Source of the DNA: a virus
IMG/VR virus record: IMGVR_UViG_3300047548_000297
Coordinates: 2,806 to 66,805 of that record
Direction: 5' to 3' (one strand)
DNA: 64,000 nt
Under the pieces are notes generated by a model. It had not been told where the DNA came from. It ran no database searches and was given only the letters and a program-made list of their open reading frames with translations. Positions 55,817 to 63,551 of this stretch are shown here, one piece after another (the first letter of the stretch is position 1; each line of letters begins with the position of its first letter). A program made the translations under genes and the position numbers.

Positions 55817-58015
55817 ATGTTTTTCATACTTACTGCTGCGGGGCAGGTGCTAGTAGATGCCTCCCCTGGAGTTCCTATAGTTTGCACTTCATATAAACTA
55901 GCTAGTTCTACGCCGTATACGCCAGTACCTTCGCAAGGTAGCATGGTAGGAGCTAGTCTATTCACTGGAATTCCCGCTGCACCTAGCATGCAGTCTAACG
56001 GTTCGGTCAGGTACACTATAACTCTAGATCCGAATGTAGGGGATTTTGTATTTAATGAAATAGGCCTATACGTTGGAACTACGTTGTTTGCTGTAGCTTC
56101 TAACAGCAGCGCTATAACTAAACTACGCACTACAGGTCTTGTAGTCGGTAACAGCATGGTTCTGGAATGCTATGTAAGTCCAGTGAGCGGAGGGAACTCC
56201 TTCCTGGACGTAGCTAATTCTAGTACTGAGTACAACATTGCTCAGCTTGGACTAGTAGATAATCTTCCTGCTGCTATAGCTAATGATATAAATATTTATC
56301 AGGTTGGTATTGCTGGAGCTTCCGGTAAGTCTACCCTAGCTTTCAGCATATTAGATAAATGGGACTTTGCTGACTACAGTGAAGTTGGCACCTATACAGT
56401 TGATTCTGGAGGTGCCAACTACGTTCAGTTTACAACTAAGAAACAGCGTCCTGAATTCGATGGGCATCTAATACTTCAGGTTCTTACTGGTGCTAATACA
56501 GGACAAGTTAGAACTATTGCTAGTTATGTAGATGCTCAGAATAGGTATGTTCTTTTAAATGCTTTCTCTGCTATAGTTGAAGCCGGTGCTACCGTACAAG
56601 TTCTTGCGTATAACAAGATAAGCGGAATTGCTATATTTGGTAGCGGTGAACCGAATAGTTTAACAGATACGCGCTTTGGTAGGTATATCGATAACAGTAT
56701 CACACCTAACGTAGAATACGTATACAGTGTGTCATCTGGAACCTGGAGTAGGATAGGTATCAAGGCTGTAGCTTCAGGAATAAAGCGTCCCAAAATAGCG
56801 CTTGTTGGTGATGTTGGAGCTACAGGATATAAGTCCAGACCAACTGCTAATACAAGTAATGTAAACCAAGATAACGTATTCACTTGGTTTAATGGACTAG
56901 CCAGTAACGTGTTTGATGTTACTGGGGTGTTTGGGAGCAACACAGCTACGGCCGCAGAGGTTGATTCTACGTATCTAACGCTCGCACTATCTAGTGATTG
57001 TGATTATGTCGATATCAGTGTAGGTGCTGAGGATATATACACAGTAGGATCTACGGCTAGTGCAGTTAGAGGACACATAGAAAGCATAGTTAATAAAGTT
57101 ATAGATGCTGGCAAGATTCCTATTTGGAGTACGGTACCAGCAAGAGCTTTTGTTACTGAGTCTAAACTAGCAGAGCACCTGAAGCTAAACTATGCGCTAC
57201 GTGAATTAGCTAAGGATAAAACCCCTAGCCTGTTCTGGGATGCATTCGCAGCTAGCGTTGATTACAGAGATGCACAGTGCGCAGCTTTTACTGATTTTAC
57301 TACAGACGGTACAAAGCTAAACAACATAGGTGCATACTACCTAGCTAAGTCAAAGTACAAGTCTGTGGTAAAGGGCATTCCGTATGCTGCTCCCTACGCT
57401 AGTTCAATGGAAACTACGGCACGAGTTGGTAATAATAATGTGCTTGTAAATCCGGGATTTACAGGAACAGCCGGAACTCTTGGAGCAAACGTTGTTGGTT
57501 CCGTTCCTACCGGATGGAAAGTTCAGTGGGCAACACGAACTGGAACTGCTATTGCTAGGTCTACTATAGTAGACGTTCTTAACCCTGATACTGGTTTATA
57601 TAACGCTATTGGAGTTCAGCTTTCTGTAGAAAGTGGAGCTACGGCTCTTGATGACACACTAGAACTAGTTCAAGACACGGGTATAAACTCAAATCTGTCT
57701 GGTGGATTATTTGTACACGCTGAAGCTAATATAGATATAAATTCTACTATAGGTATAAAACAAGTATCAGTAGTTTCATCGATAAACGGTAATGCTTCTT
57801 CATGGGGCTCTTATCTTAACGGTGTAACTCAGTATACTGGTGCGATTAGTGTACGAGCTGGAACACTACCTACTCAGAGCAGTGGTAGTGGAGCAGCTAC
57901 ATCCGCCAGCTTATCAGTAAGGGTAGCAAGCAGTGGAGTTAGCGAGTTTTCTATTGTAGTTAGCGCACCTGTACTAAGTCAAGATTCAACTTACCCATAC
58001 TCGTCAAATGCGTAA
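55817..58015 (+). CDS. tail spike/fibre with shared N-terminal module and SGNH-like domain
   Basis: N-terminus MFFILTAAGQ is paralogous to the two fibres; IALVGD, VGAED and DGTKLN..G correspond to degenerate SGNH blocks. Confidence 0.75.
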   Translation: MFFILTAAGQVLVDASPGVPIVCTSYKLASSTPYTPVPSQGSMVGASLFTGIPAAPSMQSNGSVRYTITLDPNVGDFVFNEIGLYVGTTLFAVASNSSAITKLRTTGLVVGNSMVLECYVSPVSGGNSFLDVANSSTEYNIAQLGLVDNLPAAIANDINIYQVGIAGASGKSTLAFSILDKWDFADYSEVGTYTVDSGGANYVQFTTKKQRPEFDGHLILQVLTGANTGQVRTIASYVDAQNRYVLLNAFSAIVEAGATVQVLAYNKISGIAIFGSGEPNSLTDTRFGRYIDNSITPNVEYVYSVSSGTWSRIGIKAVASGIKRPKIALVGDVGATGYKSRPTANTSNVNQDNVFTWFNGLASNVFDVTGVFGSNTATAAEVDSTYLTLALSSDCDYVDISVGAEDIYTVGSTASAVRGHIESIVNKVIDAGKIPIWSTVPARAFVTESKLAEHLKLNYALRELAKDKTPSLFWDAFAASVDYRDAQCAAFTDFTTDGTKLNNIGAYYLAKSKYKSVVKGIPYAAPYASSMETTARVGNNNVLVNPGFTGTAGTLGANVVGSVPTGWKVQWATRTGTAIARSTIVDVLNPDTGLYNAIGVQLSVESGATALDDTLELVQDTGINSNLSGGLFVHAEANIDINSTIGIKQVSVVSSINGNASSWGSYLNGVTQYTGAISVRAGTLPTQSSGSGAATSASLSVRVASSGVSEFSIVVSAPVLSQDSTYPYSSNA

Positions 58016-58022
58016 ATAAAAG

Positions 58023-58060
58023 AGCCCGGTTGAACTTAAAGTTCAACCGGGCTTCTTTTT
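58023..58060. terminator. bidirectional terminator, near-identical to 20236-20277
   Basis: AGCCCGGTTGAACTT-A-AAGTTCAACCGGGCT followed by TCTTTTT. Confidence 0.88.
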
Positions 58061-58167
58061 ACTTCGTTCTTGGCACTACGCTGATATCATATAGGACGTT
58101 TACCACCTGCATGTTTCTATACTAGTTAGTCCACATAATTACAGTCCGCTAACTATAGATTTTCCTC

Positions 58168-59601
58168 TTAGAAGGAATAAAGCCTGCGACGTGGACGAGT
58201 ACAGGCCACATATAAACATTTGAACGCGGTAACCTTGTCTTTGTTTACAAGTATGTCTCGTTGGTCAACAAAAACAGAATCATAGGAAGATCCTTGACTA
58301 CGATGCGCAGTCATAGCATACCCATAGCGCACTGATACAAAAGAGTGTTTGAACTTCCAAAACTTTTTCCAGGCTTCTGACTTACCAAAACCCGAGCTAT
58401 TTTTAGCTAGGTTTGCAAGGTAGTTTGAGTACCTACTAAATCCTGTTTTGTCTCTAGCTACGTACACAGCACCTTTGTATCCACCAGATACAGTTAGTTT
58501 GTACGATTCTATAGAAGTTTCGGCTAGTCCAGGCATAGAAATGATTCGTTGAACTACCTCTATATTTTCTACGAATAAGTCTGTGTCTACTGAACCAATA
58601 AGATTATCTGCATCATCATAAATAGGGGAGGCGGAGAACAGGCTTTCACCTAGTTCAAACTCTCTAGAAAAACCTAGTTCGTTTCGGACTAGATAGTTAT
58701 ATTCATCCACTGTCTTGTTACGCCAAGCAATGATCTTAGTCTGCTTAAATTTGTTTACCGAAAGATCCGAGAGAAGTTCTGCATAGAAGTCGTCTTTGCT
58801 GTCAAATAATGTAACCTGTTCTCCCATAGTCCTAATAGGAGAAATATAGTTCTTTGATGTGATACAGTTACGTAAGTCTACTGAGAGGTTTATTAGATCA
58901 CTATCGAAGCGTAGAACTTGACGCATCATCACATACGAGTCATTGTCCCTGCATAGCTTGAATAATGGTGATTTAAGTTCTCCTACTGGAGGAAGCTGAT
59001 AATTATCTCCTATAATGAGAACTTTAGCTCGTGTAGCCATAATATACTTAGTAAGCTCTGTATTTGCCATAGAGCCTTCGTCTACAACAATCAGTTCTCT
59101 GGAGGAGAAAATAACCTCTTTATCAGGAGCCTTTAGCTTTACTTCTTCCCCATCTTCATCCATAGTTAGACCAAGTAAACTATGAATAGTTTTTACCTGA
59201 CTACCTGTGATTTCAGATAGGGTAGCTGCTGCTTTATTTGTAGTAGCAGTCAGGTGGACTTCATACTTAGAAAGTTCTTTAGACTTAATAAGATTCTTAA
59301 CTAGGGTTGACTTACCAGAACCCGCTACACCCATGAAAGCAAATAACTGATATGCTTTTGGATCAGCCAGCCAAGCTAGAATTCGATCCTTGGATTTTGG
59401 CTGATCCCCTTTTAGGACGAGTAATTCAGGATCCTGTTCTTCTGGTGTTTCATCAGCACGTTTCTTTGCAGTAGAAATAGCCAACTGAGTGTCTAAAAGC
59501 TGAGTGGTAAGAAGCAGAAGCTCTTTTTCTAGTGATTCCTTTCTAACTAAAAGTTTACGTTCTTTATTTTCCAGTTCTGCTAGGCTAAGAGCTTCTAACA
59601 T
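58168..59601 (-). CDS. dda: Dda/RecD-like SF1B helicase
   Basis: GVAGSGKS, TTNKAA, TIHSLL, VDEGSM, IGD.YQLPPV, YAMTAHRSQGS and LYVACTR. Confidence 0.92.
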   Translation of the reverse strand: MLEALSLAELENKERKLLVRKESLEKELLLLTTQLLDTQLAISTAKKRADETPEEQDPELLVLKGDQPKSKDRILAWLADPKAYQLFAFMGVAGSGKSTLVKNLIKSKELSKYEVHLTATTNKAAATLSEITGSQVKTIHSLLGLTMDEDGEEVKLKAPDKEVIFSSRELIVVDEGSMANTELTKYIMATRAKVLIIGDNYQLPPVGELKSPLFKLCRDNDSYVMMRQVLRFDSDLINLSVDLRNCITSKNYISPIRTMGEQVTLFDSKDDFYAELLSDLSVNKFKQTKIIAWRNKTVDEYNYLVRNELGFSREFELGESLFSASPIYDDADNLIGSVDTDLFVENIEVVQRIISMPGLAETSIESYKLTVSGGYKGAVYVARDKTGFSRYSNYLANLAKNSSGFGKSEAWKKFWKFKHSFVSVRYGYAMTAHRSQGSSYDSVFVDQRDILVNKDKVTAFKCLYVACTRPRRRLYSF

Positions 59602-59603
59602 AA

Positions 59604-59810
59604 TTACTTCCAGGGCCAGTATTTTAGATTATGTTGTTGTAGTGTGCAAGAACGTAGCATCATGTATTGATACTGTTTATACATAAATGTATGAATGCTA
59701 GCTGTAAATGCGTGGTTGAAGTCCGGTACTAAACCATTAAGACGATTGATAAGGTGTCCTAGTGTGTACAAGAACCAGCAGGAGATAAAACGGATGGCTG
59801 TATTAGTCAT
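59604..59810 (-). CDS. small hypothetical protein
   Basis: Tightly packed ORF. Confidence 0.6.
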   Translation of the reverse strand: MTNTAIRFISCWFLYTLGHLINRLNGLVPDFNHAFTASIHTFMYKQYQYMMLRSCTLQQHNLKYWPWK

Positions 59811-59812
59811 AT

Positions 59813-59995
59813 TTATTTCTTTAGAAAGGATAGGGTAAAACTAACATATCTATTACGCCAGTACTTTAGTATAAACCATGAGTTCCATGTAATTAACTTT
59901 GGAATATTTAGTCCAAAATGCTTGGCTTTATCATGGCTATTTCCACACCAAGAACAGTTGCACTCTTTACTATGAACTACGTGTCTGACAGTCAT
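59813..59995 (-). CDS. small hypothetical protein (H..ECNCSWC)
   Basis: ATG 59995 is preferred because the upstream part overlaps a better gene. Confidence 0.5.
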   Translation of the reverse strand: MTVRHVVHSKECNCSWCGNSHDKAKHFGLNIPKLITWNSWFILKYWRNRYVSFTLSFLKK

Positions 59996-60149
59996 TATAG
60001 TATCCCCAGGTTGCAACAGGTAGAATTTCTTGACAGTTTGCACATTCGATCCTTCCACTTTTCAGCAAACAGAACTTAGTAGAACCACAGGTACATGAAT
60101 ACGCCTTGTGGTCGTCCAAGTTAATTACTTTGTTATCAGGACTTGGCAT
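59970..60149 (-). CDS. 59-aa Zn-ribbon protein (below the ORF-track cutoff)
   Basis: MPSPDNKVINLDDHKAYSCTCGSTKF...IECANC...RSS*; fills the gap after 60136. Confidence 0.6.
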   Translation of the reverse strand: MPSPDNKVINLDDHKAYSCTCGSTKFCLLKSGRIECANCQEILPVATWGYYNDCQTRSS

Positions 60150-60516
60150 TTTGTTCAGCTAGTTTAGTGCGTAGCTCATACCCTAGCATGGGCCAAATTT
60201 GGTCTGTAGCATTACTACGTGCTAGCTTTCGTCCAAGTTCAGCGTCAAAGTTACCTGGACTTACAGGACCAGTATTAACTCCGATAACCTTGGTTCCATT
60301 CTTTAGTACTAGGCAACAGATAGTGACTTGGTTTAAAGCAGCCGGATAGTCTGCTTCCCTAGGCCCTAGGTTAGACATAAGCCAGTGTCCGTAACAACCA
60401 TTACCAGCAGTAAAGTACGTTTCGTGAGCAATTGCGTTTTCCAAATCCGCTGGCGTAATACGCTGTGCAGTTAGATTCTTTGCAAGAATTTCTTGTTCAA
60501 CTTGCTGATCATTCAT
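60136..60516 (-). CDS. Gp49-family (Phage_gp49_66) protein
   Basis: RITP..LE..I..E.Y, TICCLVLKNG..V.G, VSP.NFDAELG.K.A and QIWPMLGY.L. Confidence 0.85.
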   Translation of the reverse strand: MNDQQVEQEILAKNLTAQRITPADLENAIAHETYFTAGNGCYGHWLMSNLGPREADYPAALNQVTICCLVLKNGTKVIGVNTGPVSPGNFDAELGRKLARSNATDQIWPMLGYELRTKLAEQNAKS

Positions 60517-60517
60517 T

Positions 60518-60805
60518 TTAGTTTCCTTCGGTTTCAGTTTGGTTACGAGATGGAATGGAACGATGGATTCGGTCGTGATTAGCGTAGGCTTCTAACTCAA
60601 GAAGCCTGCTTTTAGCTTTCTGAAAAGCACTAGCTTTTGCTGAGTCTTCTCCGTATACAGTGGACACTAGAGCAATTCCATGCACTACAAATCCATTATG
60701 TAGAACAACCTCGCATACTACAGATTTTCCTGTAGGAAAAACCATGTAGTTAGTATGTTTCATTAGCTTACCTAGTCCTACTTCTACAGTCATTGAATCA
60801 GTCAT
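60518..60805 (-). CDS. divergent Gp49-family paralogue
   Basis: Y.VFP....VVCEVVLHNGFVVHG...A.Q.A...L.ELEAY. Confidence 0.65.
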   Translation of the reverse strand: MTDSMTVEVGLGKLMKHTNYMVFPTGKSVVCEVVLHNGFVVHGIALVSTVYGEDSAKASAFQKAKSRLLELEAYANHDRIHRSIPSRNQTETEGN

Positions 60806-61124
60806 TTTGTTGCCTCAGCTTACTAGCATAAAAGTTTAATAGCATAGCGCGATGCCTAACAGCAGCTAGCGCTCTGTTTTTAGTAAAATATACGGCACTA
60901 GTATCCGTGCGTATATAATTTCTGGGTATATACCCCTCTAGAAGAGGAATCGAGCAAAATAATTCATTAGACTTGTACCTAGCATATTCTATTCCGTCAA
61001 TAGTTTTAATACTAGCTACGAAGCACGTATTAACCTTTCCATAAAAGAATTTTAGTTCTGCGTCCCAGTACACATGTGCTATGTATATTGTATGGCCTTG
61101 TCGTAATTTAGATGTGCGCCTCAT
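60798..61124 (-). CDS. hypothetical protein
   Basis: Overlap-coupled ORF. Confidence 0.6.
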   Translation of the reverse strand: MRRTSKLRQGHTIYIAHVYWDAELKFFYGKVNTCFVASIKTIDGIEYARYKSNELFCSIPLLEGYIPRNYIRTDTSAVYFTKNRALAAVRHRAMLLNFYASKLRQQND

Positions 61125-61411
61125 TTAGTTTCATTAGTATAAACTGCATTGAGAACAAATTCATGCTTATTACTAGACCATGGTGAGCACATAGTAAAAT
61201 TAGTAGTATCAGATTCTAGAGACTCTGCTCCGCAGTTAATGCACTTATATACCTTTACCTCTTTAGGTGGTTTGCCCGTTCCATTACATGAGGGACAAGT
61301 CTCACCACCACAAAACTGCAAGGATCCATTACCTAGGCACTCGTCGCATACGTCAGTTACGATAGACGCTAGCTTTCGTTCTAGTTTTCTATTTCTAGCT
61401 AAACTATACAT
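61121..61411 (-). CDS. small Cys-rich protein with DnaJ-type CxxCxGxG motifs
   Basis: CDECLGNG, CPSCNGTG and CINC. Confidence 0.6.
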   Translation of the reverse strand: MYSLARNRKLERKLASIVTDVCDECLGNGSLQFCGGETCPSCNGTGKPPKEVKVYKCINCGAESLESDTTNFTMCSPWSSNKHEFVLNAVYTNETK

Positions 61412-61505
61412 ATTAGAAATTAGCTCTAACGATTTGACTTAGCTACATCTTTGTAACCAGATACTTTAGTATTAATATTTAGCATAAGTTAATAGGTAGT
61501 AAAAA

Positions 61506-61898
61506 CTAGGCTTCAGGATAAATTATAGTCATCTTTAGAAGTTTTGCTAGCAAAACTTCTACTCTAGCACCCTTGGATTTCTTCCATCCAGGAAGTAGTA
61601 CAATATGTGTAGCCTCCATCATCATTGAAATAGCTTTACGCATCCAGTTTTCCCAGGTATTTTTCTGGCCGTTGTCTAGAACTAGTCTTGCTGGGTTTAA
61701 AACTTTTGAGTACTGATCTTTAATACGGTCTTCTGCTGCAAAGAATGCTGGATAGTTAAGGTCTGGAAGTCCAGACATTGGACCTGAGATGTAGGCTATG
61801 GCAAAAGCTTTTGTTAGAGCTACTTTAAGTTCTTCAACTTTGTGCTCAGGCCATCTTCCATAAGTTTCTCCAGTAGTAATAGATTCAATTGGTATCAT
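61506..61898 (-). CDS. DUF4406 / nucleoside deoxyribosyltransferase-like protein
   Basis: YISGPMSGLPDLNYPAF, VLNPA and LLPGW..SKGA..E. Confidence 0.85.
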   Translation of the reverse strand: MIPIESITTGETYGRWPEHKVEELKVALTKAFAIAYISGPMSGLPDLNYPAFFAAEDRIKDQYSKVLNPARLVLDNGQKNTWENWMRKAISMMMEATHIVLLPGWKKSKGARVEVLLAKLLKMTIIYPEA

Positions 61899-61916
61899 TT
61901 ATTGCTCACTAGGTAG

Positions 61917-62630
61917 TTAGTACAAGTTTTCTGAATAGAGTTCCTCATGATCCCCACCGCAACGCCGACGAATCTGACCAGTGGCTGCTGCGATACGTCT
62001 AGCTTCAGCACGAGTTAGAAACTTTCCAAACTGGTCAATGAACCCCTGGTCCGCCTCAGTCCAACCTCGAACAGAGGGCTCATCTGCAGTTTCTCGATGT
62101 AGGTTTAGCGTAGCGTAGAATGTAGAATCATAATGTCTAGGGCTACATATAATAGCTCCGTTATATGTATTCCTGGCCGCTGCACACACAATGTATTGCT
62201 GACCTTCAGTATATGCGCACGACTTTAGGTGTGATGGATCTAGCTCTGGGGTAAAAATTTCGTTAATTTGTTCTACACTAAAAGTGTTTTTATTCTTTAG
62301 TATTGCCAGCTCTTCACGTAAGTCCAACACCTCATCTACTTTACGTGCAACGTCCTGGCATGACTCACTGTTATATTCGGGTAGCATATTCCTAGCATCC
62401 ACTGCCGATTCACGGGTGTCTGAGTTAGCTACAACACTGCATGCTGCTAGGCGCATACGTTCATTTTCTAGTTCTTGTACTAATTTATCGTATTCTGATT
62501 TTAGTACCCAAGAATCTTGGGTATCTGTGTTACTAGGCAGCATTGATAGGCCAAAAAACCATTTAGCTCCAGAAGACAAGATGCCAGTCATTTTCCATTC
62601 GGAAATGTTTTTGTTTAGAAATAGTTTCAT
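61917..62630 (-). CDS. conserved phage hypothetical protein
   Basis: IVCAA...RH...QGF.DQ.G.FLTR.EA..IA...GQ...LYSE.LY. ATG 62630 follows GAGG. Confidence 0.7.
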   Translation of the reverse strand: MKLFLNKNISEWKMTGILSSGAKWFFGLSMLPSNTDTQDSWVLKSEYDKLVQELENERMRLAACSVVANSDTRESAVDARNMLPEYNSESCQDVARKVDEVLDLREELAILKNKNTFSVEQINEIFTPELDPSHLKSCAYTEGQQYIVCAAARNTYNGAIICSPRHYDSTFYATLNLHRETADEPSVRGWTEADQGFIDQFGKFLTRAEARRIAAATGQIRRRCGGDHEELYSENLY

Positions 62631-62643
62631 TGTTACCTCAGAT

Positions 62644-63045
62644 TTATAAAAACTGCCATTCTGCAAGATTAGTAATATCAACGGTTCTAACTGCCGTTAG
62701 TCTTGATCCGTAGTCATCAGTTACCCTATATACATCACCACCGGATATGTGTTTTACTAGTTTACCCTCTCGACTGAGATTTTCAGTTACGGTCTTTAAG
62801 GACAAAGCACTTATAAGTGTTTGAGTGTACAGCTGCTGACACCTAGACTTGGCTTCATCTAAGCTATATTCGCATATATAGTGACCTCCTTGAAACGGTG
62901 TTTCTTCTACGTAGAATCCTGAGGTATCCTTCCAGGATTTCCATGTAATCACAAATTTACCCAACGGGCTTGTACCTATTACATGGTTGTATCGGTAAGA
63001 TTCGTTAGGGCTAAGCTCTTCTGACCATTCAATAGGCTTAAACAT
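62644..63045 (-). CDS. hypothetical protein
   Basis: First gene after the minus-strand ACTGTTAA motif. Confidence 0.65.
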   Translation of the reverse strand: MFKPIEWSEELSPNESYRYNHVIGTSPLGKFVITWKSWKDTSGFYVEETPFQGGHYICEYSLDEAKSRCQQLYTQTLISALSLKTVTENLSREGKLVKHISGGDVYRVTDDYGSRLTAVRTVDITNLAEWQFL

Positions 63046-63078
63046 GTGTGGCTACCACTGCGTTGTACACAGAGTACG

Positions 63079-63088
63079 TTAACAGTTT
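63079..63088 (-). promoter_or_regulatory. ACTGTTAA promoter-like motif
   Basis: Minus-strand AAACTGTTAA lies 34 nt before the ATG at 63045 and heads the small-gene operon. Confidence 0.5.
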
Positions 63089-63110
63089 GCTAGATGCATC
63101 AAAACTGTAG

Positions 63111-63527
63111 AACAATTTAAGTGTTTACTCGGTACAAAGAAAAGTATAATGTCTAGTATTTTACTGCCCTTAAACAATACAAGTATAATAGCGTCAATAT
63201 TGACGCTAGTTCGTTCCGTATTGCGGACAACTATATAGATACGACTGCTGGTTATATTCTTCAGAAAATCAGATTATGCCAACTATACACATGACAGGAA
63301 ACAAGATATGTAGATGGTACTTGAAGAACGTAGTGCTGCGTCTATATTTGGCATAGGTCAATGGAATATTAGCTCTAATAATCTATGTGGTACGTGCCAT
63401 GATCTTATGTGTAGAGTGTCCAACTGACGCAGCAGGAAGTCCTGCCGTATGGATTAATGTTACAGCAGGTGTATGGAGAGCATATGGATTAACTGCCTAA
63501 CAGATCAAAACAATTTAACTGTTTACT
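63111..63527 (+). repeat. 19-bp direct repeat (18/19 identical) containing CAATTT
   Basis: AACAATTTAAGTGTTTACT (63111-63129) and AACAATTTAACTGTTTACT (63509-63527). Confidence 0.8.
63149..63500 (+). pseudogene. frameshifted remnant of a probable virion/spike gene (or sequencing errors)
   Basis: ATG follows the repeat; protein-like text is spread over several frames; ends PTDAAGSPAVWINVTAGVWRAYGLTA*. Confidence 0.35.
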
Positions 63528-63551
63528 TAACCTCTTAATGAAAGAAGTAAA

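Noticed and set aside
58059-58136. Short minus-strand ORF with possible TAG read-through after the helicase
   Set aside because: At most 25 codons, with no recognisable motif and no other evidence for read-through.
61121-61411. Split DnaJ (this Zn finger plus the J-domain at 1063)
   Set aside because: The genes are 60 kb apart and CxxCxGxG mini-proteins are common in phages; nothing links them.
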